DNA from: Paraspadella gotoi
Lineage: Eukaryota; Animalia; Chaetognatha
Direction: 5' to 3'
DNA length: 64,000 nucleotides
NCBI GenBank assembly: GCA_051294375.1
Contig: CM119264.1
Span: forward strand, 25,236,051-25,300,050
In this document: positions 23,779 through 37,578 of the stretch, in pieces
Layout of the letters: each line of letters opens with the position of its first letter
How positions within the stretch are numbered: position 1 is the stretch's first letter
Notes under the pieces: model-generated
Told to the model about the DNA's origin: nothing
Database searches by the model: none
What the model saw: the letters and a program-made list of their open reading frames with translations, nothing else
Position numbers and translations under genes: made by a program

Positions 23779-26700
23779 CGAATGGTGAGGATTTGGGTAA
23801 GTCAGTGGGAGATGTGGGATTGTGGAAAGAATAAAACTCGAAAACGAAGAAAGTGGAAGAAAACGAAAGAATGACACGACGACAAAAAGAAGAAGAAAAA
23901 AAAGAAAAGAAGAAGAGAAAATCAACATGCTCTAGTCACTAACAACGACGACTTCGACTAGACGAACGACGACGACGACGACGCGACGACGACGCCCACG
24001 AAATAAGAACGTCAACTTGCAGGAATGACAGTATCTTTTAAACATTGAAACCAGTTGATGCTGGTGAAGGCAACTTAATGGCAACGGAAACTTTACGACA
24101 ATAAAAAAGAGAAAAAAAAGTTCGCGTCGAGGATGAAACGACTGACGAGACGACGACAGGATCCGTGCATTGGAATTTCAATCGCGTATCGATGCATATT
24201 TTGTTTTTTAGCCAGTTCGATGTCTAAATAAAAAAACAAACAGAGGACGGGTTATGCAAGGGTGTGTGCGGCCTTATTACTTCTTTTACTTATCATTAAA
24301 ACAAAAGTGGCGCGCAGAGTCGCCTTAATTGATGTTTAGAGGCATGAGGGCACGATCATAACAATTAGTAAGAGTTTTTAACGTAAGTGGGGACAGACAG
24401 AACAACGGACAGACTAAAGGCGAGCCGACCGACGGACCGAAAAAGTGATTCATTTTGCAGATGTTGGATGGCGGATAATGTTGAGGGGTGGAGATTTGTG
24501 TAGATGAGGAGACGATCAGATGGATACTTGTCGGCTCGTCCGATGAAGAACGACGATCACTCGAAAAATGATAAAACAACAACAAGCAACAAAAACGTTG
24601 ATTAATTTAAACGAGAAGACAAAAAGAGAAAGGATTGACAATGACATGAGGATGACAAAGACGACGAAACGATTCTATGATACCAGAACGCGACTGCTGC
24701 TGCTGTGCGCTGCTGCTTCTCGTAATAGTGGCAGACGGAGAAATAGAGAGGAATGAATAGTTGAGAGAAAGATTTGGAAATGGAGAAGAGCATATTCACC
24801 CGAGTTCGGAATAAAGAAGAAATTAAATAATAAAGGAAAAAGAAGCTGAACAAAATGGCGAACGAGAGAAAAAGAGGAAAAAGAGAAAAAATGTGAAAGT
24901 GCGGAAGGAAGGGGAAAGAGAGAGGAAGAAAGAGAAGAGAGAGAGATGAGAAGAGAGATGAAGAAGGAAGAGACGAGAAGANNNNNNNNNNNNNNNNNNN
25001 NNNNNNAATGTGACACTGAAAAGAGAGTTTGTGCCCAGATTGAAAATTTGTCAGGTCAAAGAATTCTTCTCAATCCCATTTTCGCAACTAGGTCATTTTC
25101 TTGAAGGGATTTTTCCCAGGGTCTAACGAGGACCCGAAAATGAGGTCCAGGTTCAAAGGATTTCCCTTCGTCTGGTTTATCGAAGTCCAGAAAAAAAAAG
25201 GGTGGAAATTCGGTCAACGCGAATNNNNNNNNNNNNNNNNNNNNNNNNNATTTATCGTAATAGAGTATGGCGTCAAATGAGGGCTCAAAAGAAGGTCACA
25301 TCCTATAGTTTCTAGTCCATATATATTAAGAAAAATTATATAAAATCATTATGGTAAATTATTAAAAATTTAATTTATATTTTTTTAAATTTTTGGGGGA
25401 TGATGTACCTATATTTAAGCTTGAAGAAGAAATTTTATTTATGAATTAATTGAAGAAGACTGTCTATAGAACTCGTTGGTAATTGCTCAATTTTTTAGAT
25501 TAAAGTCTTATTATTTATCTCAATAATACTCACCATTCCATTACTTTTTTAAAGAAAAAATAATATAATTTTGATTAATAACTTTTTAACCAAAAGTCGG
25601 AGAAAATTGGGAGTGGTCCTTAAATTAAAGCTCTTGGTTTACTGATATCGTTTGACATATAGATGTTTGAATTGAGTCTATATTTTGCAAAATTAGAGTA
25701 CAAAGTTATCAAATTTTCTCAAAAATTAACTTACCAACTTCAACTGCAATTTAAAAAAAAAAAACTGAGTTTGGATCAAATTTTTCGACTTAGCCTAAGC
25801 TCTTGTCCAGATCAGCAACCTTTCAGGTTTTTATCATTCCAGAGTTGGTATATTTTCCATTTTCTTTTTCCTCCTATAAAAAAGAACCGTGTGCCACTTT
25901 TAAATATCGTCTGCCGCTCAGTGTCTCACTTTACACGGTCGGCCACGTTCATGGATTCATTTCGGCCGATGCCAAAGCCTTCAGCACTTTCCTTTTTTTT
26001 ACGTCGAGGTTTTTTGTGGGAAATTTTTAGCGTCAACCTTATTGCGAGTGCAAGTGCACTGCACAGTGCCACATCGTCGGCTGTATTTATTTAAATGATT
26101 ATAATTGGCCCGATTGCACTCAATGGACTCGGATCTGGACCGCGTTTGTGGGAAAGCCTTGATTTTTTTATTGTCACGAAGATGAAATTTAAATTCTGGA
26201 ATTACTTCATCACTATTTTCATGTTCATAATATGAGCGTATTTCCTGTCTCGAAAAAAATATATCGCAGAAATGTTTTTTTCTCGCATTACTGTTGACAA
26301 CGGTCATTATGACTAAATAAAACATATAAATATGAAAAAGCTAATTAATCGGTCTCCAATTCGTACCTTCGCGATGAAAACAGACCATAATTATGGAAGT
26401 GAAACCTCTCCTTTCAGGTGACGGAGGAAGGAAAGAAGCACATGAGCGTCAAAACATATCAATCGAGTTCGTCGAGCCGGCGACGACGACGACGATGACG
26501 ACGACGACGATTTATTGAGATACTACCAAAGAAAGCCCCAAAAATCTTTTAAAAACGTAATTTTTAATTTATTTAAGTCATATCTCGATGAATATATAAC
26601 TTATTTTAAGTCAAATGATTTTATTCAGCAGATTAAAATGTAAGGCACATATTAAATACTATTAGTTGTATTATTTTATCATAATTTAATCAGGACACTT

Positions 26701-27068
26701 AATTTTCAGCCAATTTTTACCAAATTTACATATACTTTTGGTTTTTACAGCAACAAAGTACTAAAACAGGTAAATAAAAATTGATGATAAAATCTGTAAG
26801 CCAAAAGACCTTAGAATGTATTATATAGGTTTAAAAATTTTTCTCATAAACGTGGCAGATTATGCAACGTCGATGCCCTCACCGTAGCAGTGTTTGCCAC
26901 GCTCGCCACAATCGTCGTCGCTGGCGACGCTGCCACATAAACTCTATTACGTCTTCGGACGGAACGACGATTTCCCGCCGGCGATCGGGGAATAATTGAT
27001 TTTTATCGGGAATTAGCTACTGTCGTCGTCGTCGTCGTCGTCGTCGTTGTTGTAGTTGTATTAGTTGA

Positions 27069-27101
<33 letters not shown>

Positions 27102-27397
27102 GTTACTTTTTTGCTGTCAACGTCCTCGTCGTCGTCTTCGTCGTCGTCTTCGTCGTCGTAATTATCTTCTTTTCGCCACTTATTTATCGTCGTCGTCATT
27201 ACGTGAATACTACTACTACTTAATTTACTTAATTTACTTAATTTCCGTCGTTGTTGTCGATTTCGTCGATATGGTTGTTGTTGTTGTTGTTGTTGTTATT
27301 ATTGGATTTAGCGAATACATCGTTGTCGTTGTTGCCGTCGTTTCCACAGTTGCCCACGGCTTCATTCAGCAATTGTATAAAAAATGTAGAATCGTAA

Positions 27398-27485
<88 letters not shown>

Positions 27486-28200
27486 CGCTCTCTCAGGCGC
27501 CGTCACACACTTTGACAGTAAAACCACGTAAAAAAAAATCAATATCCTATATTTATTATATTTTAAATTTATCAAGCGTAATGCAATTATTAGGACTGTC
27601 ACTTAGAGAGCAGAATCGTTAGCAACTGATATTCCAGCAACTTCAGCGTTTGAAGCATATGCAAAGAATGTCTACAATGAAATATATATTATTATCTATC
27701 CCAATCCGGAAAACAAATCAATTTTTGATACTGGACAGCTTGGAGCTGGTCACTAACCTCATAAATCATACACGTACTTATGCTCATCCTCTCAATAATC
27801 ATAACGATAATAATACTTGTTTGTATATGGTATTGTCTTTTTTAATTTTATTGGATAAGAAGATAAGGATTAAAGGAATCTATGGCAACAGTCGGGTTGC
27901 CTGTTGGGATGAGGCATCTTACTGTTGGCTTTGGCGGCTTCCGACCCTCAGTGAAGCCTTCAGTCACAGGCGCGGTTACCCTAGGACGGTCTCGCTTTGC
28001 CAATGCAGAGGGAAGTCGTTAGGACTGTTAATTGAACGCAACGCCTGGGATGGTGTGTTCCCTCTCTGGGCCAATGGGATTGTAAGAACGATAATGGACG
28101 TGAGGCGGTGTGAATATACGGCCACAATACTCACGAAAAGGATAGAGGAATCGATCCATCGTCCTTACACAAACCAACCCGAACTTTCTCCTTCCCTAAC

Positions 28201-28354
28201 CTTCCGATGCGCGGCCATCATCCGCAGCACGATCCGGCGCTCGCCCCGCGGCGTCGACGGCGGCGGCTGCGTCATCGTCGCCGGAAACGTCATTGTGAAT
28301 CGGAGTCCGGACGGCGTCGGCGTCACCGCCTCCTTGGCCCCCATCTCGCGGACG
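28201..28354 (-). CDS. IgSF receptor exon 7, Ig4 middle (VREMGAKEAVTPTPSGLRFTMTFPATMTQPPPSTPRGERRIVLRMMAA..)
   Basis: tttttccttcag acceptor in phase 2, GTTAGG donor. The consensus of both copies (ATGGCCGCAGCATCGGAAG) gives MAAASE(G) with a phase-1 end matching exon 8, which needs +1 nt here. Confidence 0.75.
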
Positions 28355-28486
28355 CTGAAGGAAAAACAAACAAGAGAACGAAGAGTCAATGTTTTGTTTA
28401 CCTCATAAGTGATTCGAGGCGGTTGGCGGCAGGAATGGGGAGGGGGTTGAAAATTGGTGGGGGAGGTGGATAAGGGAGGAATGACC

Positions 28487-28586
<100 letters not shown>

Positions 28587-29122
28587 GAGCAAAGAAAGAA
28601 AGATCCGGGGTTTATATATCGGCGATTTGTTGCTTTCTCTTCCCTTCCGCAAATCATGGTATCTGGCAGCGACGTCTGCCTTCAAAACAATGAAAGTGTC
28701 ATCGACGGCCAACGGATATGCAATTTGGCACATCGTCCTTTGCCTAACGGTCGCAGTTGCGCTCCTGTCGTTGGCTGTTTCCTCTTTCTCCTTCCTTTGG
28801 TCTCGTTTTTCTTTGCCCCTCTACTTTCTTCTCTCTTTTCTTATTTTTTCTTTCGCTCTTTCTTCTTTCCCATCATTGTACTTTTTTGCGCCTGTTTTTT
28901 TCCTTTAGTAAATACTGTTATTGTATCATTATACATAGTTATTTATTCGTTCTTTCATTCACTAGTTTATTTTTCCTTCATCTTTACCATATTTCTCCAT
29001 TTTGTCATTCACACAATCTTTGACTCTCTTTTCATCATCTCCTACTCACTTATAAACGTCTTCTCTCCCTACCCATCCCCTACGGTCTTACTTCTTCCCC
29101 CTTCACCCTCCCTCTAACTTAC

Positions 29123-29222
29123 CCGATCACCTCTCCGTCGCCCCGATGAAGCGACCATCTCAAGTCCCTGGGGTTCGGCGCTGGGTTCCCCAAAATGACG
29201 CAGCTCACGTTCGAGGCGGCGC
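29123..29222 (-). CDS. IgSF receptor exon 6, Ig4 B/C strands (GAASNVSCVILGNPAPNPRDLRWSLHRGDGEVIG)
   Basis: ttttgtctcag acceptor, GTAAGT donor, phase 1 to 2; Ig signature C-x3-G-N-P-x-P..W. Confidence 0.88.
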
Positions 29223-29973
29223 CTGAGACAAAAGGGAACTCATTAACATTTCGAGCTTTTGGCTCATTTACAGTTTGTTGCGTGCGACTCGTGGGAATAA
29301 GGGGGCGTGGCTGCGTGCGATTCCGTGGAGAATCGCTGGTGTAACCGCGTGCGAGCGTAGGGAATTACAGGAGGTGTAACCGCGTGCCGCCGTAGGGGAT
29401 TTAAGGTGTGAATGCCTTTAAAGTCAAATGTTTAAATCCAGGTAGAAATTAAAATATATGACGTAAATACGAGTTAAAATTAAAACAAAAAAACAAGAAT
29501 GAAACTCAAGTTTTTCAAAGTTCATATTTTTCTTGATTTGTCTTTATTTTGAATTGTTTGATGATTTTTTTTTAAGCGCGTGATATTCATAAAGATGGGG
29601 TATCGCGCTACTTGTTTGTAGATATTACTAAATGAACAACCGTCGTATTGTCTCATCGACCAATAGTGAGACAGCGGATAAACTTTTTCTCTTTTTAAAA
29701 GTCGCATTTGCTTCTGCGAGCTTCGGCGCCTCCCAGTGCAAAACAGAGGCATTTCCGCGCCGGCGATAAAACCAAGCCGGTCGATGCGTGCTTAGACCAG
29801 TCTAGACCAGCCTATTCCTCCAGCCTAACTGACCTTTGCCTCGCCCATTTCCTTTCCCGCGTTACGATTTATTTTCTCGCTTTCTTTCTGTTTTACTGCG
29901 TGAAAATTATTTTTTTTCTTTATTTGCGAACGACTCCAGCCCTGCTTTCTCTCTCTCTCTCTCTCTCTCTCTG

Positions 29974-30048
<75 letters not shown>

Positions 30049-30975
30049 ATTCAGTCCGCTGACATTTGTTACGCGCGCGTTTTCTTCTTCAATATATATT
30101 CAATTTTCCGCCTCCTACTTTTTCCACCCTCTTCCGTTCCATCCTCTCTTCCTCCTCCTCCTTCCTCCTCCTCTTCCCCCCCCCACATTTTTTTTTTATT
30201 TTCGCTTCTTGCCGCTCGCGTCTCTCGCGTCGCTCGAGTAGAAAATGGTAATTAAGTGTCAGAGAATCAACAAAAGCACAATCAATCACCAACGACAGGC
30301 AATCTTTTCAACTTCAAAACCCAACAAATCAGACCCCGGGGTTTAATTAAAAACGCGCGGATCGGAAATGGATGTTAGGGGGGGAGAGTTTATAGCCGGA
30401 AAGAAAAAGGGGGAAAGTTATTCGGTCTCGTTTTTCAACTGGATCGATCAGTCGATCAATCACGGAATAAAATGATCTTCCCGTTTTTACCTTTTCGAAC
30501 TCGAATGAATGAAGACATTCTGCATTTATCGTGATACATCGTGATAGGTTGTCCCTTCTCTTTTTTTTTTTCGAGCCCTGGATTTAATCTCCTATGGCGC
30601 GAATGAGGTCGAGAGATCACCGAAGCTTTTTGACACCGCGTATCCTAAACCCTCTTCACGCACAGAAACACACACTGTTGATTCAGACAAGTTTGAATTA
30701 ATTCAACAATAATTCCCGATCAATTCCACATCATATTGAGCTTTTAATCGTGAATTTAAACAGTTGATGATTTGGTTATGCTGAAGTAGTTTCACGAAAT
30801 CCATACGACACCTGAAGTGATAGAACGATTTCATCTTTTTTGCCACTCACCAGCAGTGATTCTTACGAGACTCGACACGTCCGATACTCACTCGCTGTAA
30901 TCCCGAAGTGATTCCTCGCTTTCACCGGCCACTCACAAACTGACTATCACTTCCCCCCCCCCTACTGCTACTCAC

Positions 30976-31165
30976 CGGCGACGATCCTGAAGTGATCGGA
31001 GCAATTGAAGACCGGATCGAAGTTAAGGCGAAGGGTGACGTTTGCGGTGGCGCCTCCGAGGCGACCCACCACGTGGAGGCTGAAGCGGCGGCGGTAGGGA
31101 AAGGTCGTCCAGGGGTCGAGGCGGGAGGGAGGTAGGGCGATGGTCACCTCTACCCCGCCCTTGAC
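30976..31165 (-). CDS. IgSF receptor exon 5, end of Ig3 and start of Ig4
   Basis: ctcaccattcag acceptor, GTGAGT donor, phase 0 to 1; VKGGVEVTIALPPSRLDPWTTFPYRRRFSLHVVGRLGGATANVTLRLNFDPVFNCSDHFRIVA. Confidence 0.85.
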
Positions 31166-32325
31166 CTGAATGGTGAGGATTGTGGGTAAGGTCAGTGGGG
31201 AGATGTGGGTGAGTTGTGGAAAGAATAAACTCGAAAACGAAGAAAGTGGAAAAAAACGAAGATGACGACGACGACGAAAAAGAAGAAGAAAAAAAGAAAG
31301 AAAGAAGAAGAAAATCAACATGGCTCTAGTCACAACAACGACGACTTCGACTAAGACGACGACGACGACGGAAAATAAAACGTCAACTTTGCAGGAACCT
31401 GACAGTGTCTGTAAACATTGAAGCCGTTGATGCGTTGAAAGGCAACTTAAATGGCAACGGAAACTTTACCGACAAATAAGAAGAGAAAAAAAAAGTTACG
31501 ACGACGAGAATGAAAACGACGACGACGACGACGACGACGACGACAGGGATCCGTGCCATTGGAAATTTCAATCGCTATCGGAGGCGATATTTTTTTTTTT
31601 AGACCAGTTCGATGTAAAAAAAAAACAAGGAACGGTTATTCCAAGGTGTTTCGCCGCATTACTTTTCTTTTTACTTATCGTTAAAAACAAAAGGTGGCGC
31701 CAGAAGTCGCTTAGATTTGATTTTCAACCAATGAGCAACGATCTATAGACAAGTTATAAGAGTTTTTAACGTAAGTGGGACAGACTGACGGACAGACATA
31801 CCGACGGACCGACCGACCGACCGAAAAGTGACTTATTTTGCAGATTTGATGGCGGATAATGTTGATGGGGTGGAGATTTGCTGTAGATGAGAAGACCATC
31901 AGATGGAATACGATTGTCGCTCGTCCGATAAGAACGACGATCCTATCGAAAAACGATAACAACAACAACAACAACAAAAACGTTGATTAAATTTAAAAAG
32001 AGAAGACGAAAAAGAGAAGAGGATGACAATGACGAGGATGACAAAGACGACAGAAACGATTCTATGATACCCAGACGCGACGCTGCTGCTGCTGTTGCTG
32101 CTGCTGACTTCTCTTAAAGTAGGCAGACGGGAAATAGAGAGGAATGAAGTTGAAGGAAAGATTTGGAAAATGGAGAAGGAGGCATATTTCACCCGAGTTC
32201 GGAATAAAGGAAGAAAAATAAAATAAAAAGGAAAAAAGAAAGGAACTGAACAAAAAATGGCGGAACGAGAGAAAAAGAGGAAAAAAGGAGAAAAAAAAAG
32301 GTGGTGAATGGAAGGCGGAAAGAGA

Positions 32326-32380
<55 letters not shown>

Positions 32381-32960
32381 AGAGAGAGAAGAGAACTTGA
32401 AAAGAAAAAGCGCAGAGAATCAAAAGTTCATTCGTCTAAAATAAGTGAAAGGAAAAAGAAAAAAAAAGAAAAAGGTCGGAGGTAAGGGAGGCGTGGTGAC
32501 GGAGGGAGGAAAGTAAAAAGAAAAGGAGGCAAGATTAAAAAGGAAAGTTAAATAGAGACAGAAACAAAACACGTCCAAGTAAGGTGGAGAATAGACAAAA
32601 ATAGTAAGAGATAGTGATACAGGTTTGAGAGAGAGAAAGAGGGAGGGAGAAAGAGAGCGAGAGAGAGAGAGATAGAGAAAGAGAACGGAGATGAAATAGT
32701 TAGGATTAGGGATCAGAAAGTTAAGGATGAAGAGAAAGAAAGAATTCAGATTAAAAACGAATCTAGGAAACGGAGGGAGGAGAGAGAAAAAAAAGGAAAA
32801 AGCAGAGTAGAAGGAAAGAGAGAGAGAAAAAAAAGGAAAGAATTACTTTTCGCGGAGGAAAAGTAAGTCCATCCATTATGCATCAAAAAGCTGAGGCGTC
32901 GAGAGGGCGACACTCGGGCCGAGGATTTCCCTTTTCCATTTTACGCTCGCTTTCGATTCT

Positions 32961-33260
32961 CGATTCCATCGCCCTTATTCCATTTTCCATTTTTCAACTT
33001 CATTTTTTATTATCTGATTCCATCGCCCATAATTTCATTTCCATTTTTCACCTTCTTTTTTTGATCAGTGCAGCCATCGCCCCTTTTTTCCATTTCTTTT
33101 TTTCTCATTCTCCATTTTTTGTTCGTAACTTTAATCGCCTTCAATGGCACTTTTTCCATTTCAATATTTTTACTTCCATTTGAGATCTGCAGCCATTGCT
33201 TTTATTCCATTTCCCCTTTTAGGCTTTCTTTTATTTTTTTAGATTCCATCTCAACATTTC
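32961..33260. repeat. Degenerate ~50-55 bp tandem repeat
   Basis: Recurrent (GATT/GCAG)CCATCGCCC..TTCCATTTT motif, about 5 decayed units. Confidence 0.45.
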
Positions 33261-36200
33261 TGTTTCGTTACTTTAGATTTTTGTTTTCTATATTTGTGCT
33301 TTTTTTTTTCTTACTTTCCGTCCCTGCCAATTTTCCATTTTCTTCCCCTTTTCTTCCATTTCATCTGCCTTCAGCCATTTTCTAATATGCTCGACTTACC
33401 CTGATCGCATTTTTATCCTCCAATTCCCTCGAATATTTCTAATCCTAATCTCATTTAATTCCTTACCCGCCCTACCTTACTCTTCGCCGCCTCCAACTTA
33501 CCCTCCCCCCCCTTCAAAACTCTTTCCTTCTCCATCGTCGCCTCGTCGCGCCAAAAATCCATCACCTCAACTATTTTCTCGCTGCTTTTTTGACTTTGAC
33601 AAGATTTTATTAGGGCTGGAGTCGACCGGTTATGGGAGAAGGAAATTAGATTCCATTTCCGATGAGTTGGGAGGAAGTGAGGATGAGAAGGTGGAAGGGA
33701 TGAAGGATTAAGATGATTATAAGAAGAAAAGGAAAGTGATACCAGGAGAAGCGGGGAAACTGACCTCATAGAAAACCTTGTAGCACTTATACTCGTTGTC
33801 CGATTTATATGAAACAACTTTTAAATGAAAGAAAAAAACCTGTTATTTAAATAGGCACACATTTTAAATACTTTTTTTTTTTTATTAATTCCGCACTCAA
33901 AAAAGAAAACAAATTTGCGTCGCAACAGCTGTTCAGTTTTCTAGATATATCCAGATATCTGAATAATTAAAACTTCCGCGAACAAAATACCATCAATATT
34001 GCAAGATTGTTCCTGCCTCTATTAACTAAAACTGAGATCAAAACCAAAACATTTCAAAGGTTCATCAAGGTGTGTCAACCAAATATCACTTACTCAAGGT
34101 GTGGCAAGGTGCAATTGCAGCTGCAATCTAAAGAGTTGAAAAATTGTTCAATCAAACTTTAATCCAAGCTCCGAAAAGCCAGTCTGAGTTCTTTAATTAT
34201 TACGTGGAACGGTTTTTCACCTTACTGATTGTACCATTTCAGGGAAATGTAAAAAAATGCAATTAGCCAGAAAATTCTTTTGTCTGAAAAAAATTTCGGT
34301 TTTTGCAAGAAGAAAATTGAAGGGAATTATTAGGACCTATGATAAAATAGAAAAGATGATTCAAACGAAACTAATGGTGGATTAGACATAATTTTTAAAA
34401 AGTAAAAAAAAAAAGGATGAATTGAAAACAAAATTAGAAGAACACGTCCATCGATAACGTTTCCTCTAAATTTCCTATTTGCCACTCGCAACGAATTTGC
34501 CATCTCTTTTCTCGAATCGCGAAGTCGTAACACCTGCTATTGGATTTTGGTCTCGTCTAGCGAAAAAAAACGGGGAGAGTCGATAGATGAACGGATCCGA
34601 ACGAAGCTGCAAAAACGAGGATTGCAGATTGTGTCATCTCGTTGAGGTCGATTTGACCCTTCGTCATTCGTCTTTTCCGTCGTCCACCTGCTTCGGGCGC
34701 CTGACGACTGATAAATGTGATGAATCGTTGATACTTTTTAATGAATAGGCATTAGGCAGGCTTTAAGACAGTTACATACTAGTGACACTACACATTCCTT
34801 TTAAATGTTTTAAAAATTGACTAAATTTACGAAATTATATTTAAGAAATCCAAAGTTCGGTTTTGGAAATTTTTGACACTGAACAATAGGTACTCCAATA
34901 ACAAGCATTGATTCAATTTGAAAGCCTCGATAACCACCATCACCTCTTCCACATTTTCATCGACATTCCTGGCCGATTGACGCCGAGGTGAATCCAAACA
35001 AGCGATAATGCTATTAAGTAAGATACGAGATAAAAAGCAAATATGCCTCGATGCGATGATGTTTGGTATTTCCGGCAGGTGAAATCCAATTGAAAGCTTA
35101 CTGCCGGTGACTGCCGGTGAATGCAGTCATGACAGGTGTCAGCGAGCGCTGGTATCATAGTCGATAAGAGATTTCACCAAACGGATTCATATTCAATATT
35201 GTCATCATTGGAATGGTCATCGTCATAGTCGATATCGTTAATGTCGTCGTCGTCGTCGTTCCTCTTTCCATCACTCCTGAATCGACATTGAGTTCGTTAT
35301 TTATTCATCTCCTTTTCATTCTCTATTTTCTGTTTTCATTCATACTCTATTATTCAAATCTCTAAACAACTTTTTCAAAATTTAATGGTCTCAACACAAA
35401 ATGGGATAACACACAAAATGAGAGTTAAATTAAGGAGATCTTATTATACTGTATTGTATTGTAAAGAACAGAAGAGAAAGGAAGTGTGATTTAGTAAAAC
35501 ATTTTTCAGCTCTCTTTCTCTCTATCTTTCTCTCATTGAAAAGAGATGTTTAAAGTAAACTTAACGGAGAGGTTAACATGTAAATAAATATTTTAACCCA
35601 CGAGAGAGAATTAAAAAAAATCACAAGTAATATTTGACTATAAATTCAGCTTTTTGTTTGACTCTTCCTCTGCTAAACTTGGCTAAATTCCCCAGCGGAC
35701 ATTGGGGCCAACCAAAGATGCTTCGACAATTCTCCAGACAGCAAGAAACAAATAACCCTAATATAAAACCTTCTTTGTCGCCGAAACATCTTGACACTCC
35801 TTTCTTTCACTCTTCAGCTTTGCTCCATCCTTAAATACCTTTCGACTTCTACTCTTCATTTTTTTTATTTATTCACTTTTCAGTTCAATTCTTCACCCTT
35901 GCACGATTTAACACTCCTTTTATATTTTAACCTTAGACTCCCGATGAATCTCCACTCCTCTACCCCTTCTTTCTTTCACTCTCCCACTCCTTTCCCCAAT
36001 TTCCCCACACACACCCCCGAAATTACACCTCCTTATGCATCTCCAAACCTCTCACCCTTCTTTCTTTCACTCTTCCCCCGCAACTCCTACACTCCGCCTC
36101 CCCCTTATTCCACCTCCCGACGCATCTGCACCTGCGCCTCTGAGGAGATGAAAAATGGCGCCGCGACTCCAATTCCCCCTCGCGGCGGATTTGATGCCAC

Positions 36201-37277
36201 GGTAACCGTCCTTTAAAAGGGAGGGGGGTGGCGGAGGCTCAATGGTGGGAGAAAGAGGGTGGATTATGGAGGAGGTAGGAGGTGAGCAGGGAAGAGGGGC
36301 ACAGGGGTGGCAGAGAGGGAAAAGGGCGAGGAAATCGAGAGACAGCGATAAGATAAGATAGTTTAGTTAGAGCGGCAGAAATAAAATGGAATAGTTTACA
36401 TGACATTATCTAATAATCTAATAATCAAATTTAGTGCTAAGGTCAAATATTTGGAACTTTTTGAGTTAATTTAGGTGATATATTTTTAATTTCCATTATA
36501 AAAAAAAATAAAAAGGAAAGAAGAAGATGAAAGAAAGGAATTGAAAGTATTCGGGACAACGGAGAAAGGGTTGGAGGCAGGAAGAAGAATTTAAAAAAGA
36601 AAAAAAGAAAGTCGTTGTGGCGTCGTCTGTAGAGAGGAAGGAGTGAAGTTAGAAGGAGGAACAAGAATATTAAAAGAGAAGGTAATTAATGTAATAAGAA
36701 CATATGTATTCATAAAGTGCTCGTCTATAGAGATGAGTAACGTAAATAATTCCGTATAAAAGGTTAATCTTAACTTAATTAAGATGAAGTCGAGATAAAA
36801 TAGTAGCCAACATTTTTTTTTTTCAAATTAATCTTGAAAAATTACAGTTTGTAGAACATAGGTTTCAGAAAATAGGTTCAATTTCTAGGTAGGTTGACGA
36901 ACTTTGAATGTAAATCGTTACTGTCATTCATCAAAATGTAATTGAAAATAGTGGAAATAAGGTAGAGAAAGAATGAAAGTTAGATTGAACAGGGAGAAAA
37001 AGGAGTTGGTAGAAATACAAGAAGGAAACTAACTAAATAGGAAAGAAAAAGGAAGGAAAAAGAAAAATACGGAACGAAAAAAAAAGGGAGGCGCGAAGTT
37101 AGAGAAAAGAGAAAATAAAAAAAAGTCAGTGAAGGAATTAAGGGGGGGAGAAAAATGGGGGGAGGCAATTGAGCGGGAAAGAAAAGGAATGAGAAAGAAT
37201 CGATCGGAAGATTGAACGGCGGGAGGAAAACGGAGGAAAAAGGAATGCGAGGGCGGTGATGCTTGAAAATGGGAGGG

Positions 37278-37327
<50 letters not shown>

Positions 37328-37543
37328 GAGAGAAGAGAGAGAGCAGGAGAGAGAGACACAGCAACGGAAGAAAAACACATTCCAACGTTTCTACTTAACA
37401 ATAAGAAAATATGTAAGAGATAATTATAAACCGGAATTATATGTAGTTAAAAAGAGAACGAAGACTAGAGTAACAAAAGATGAAAGAAACTGAGAGTGAA
37501 TAGAAGAAAAAAGGCATAAAGAGTAGTAAAAAAGTGAATAGGA

Positions 37544-37578
<35 letters not shown>

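Larger units (their letters stand above)
17318..24981. repeat. Copy A of a ~7 kb segmental duplication (probable assembly or haplotype artefact)
   Basis: 17318-17545 recurs at 25007-25224. 18135-19396 recurs reverse-complemented at 25250-26511. 19397-24981 recurs directly from 26510 to ~32400. Differences are mostly 1-2 nt indels, and the junctions are 25-N gaps. Confidence 0.9.

Noticed and set aside
27650-28408. 252-aa plus-strand ORF
   Set aside because: No recognisable domain, overlaps Ig exon 7 antisense, and is not preserved in copy A.
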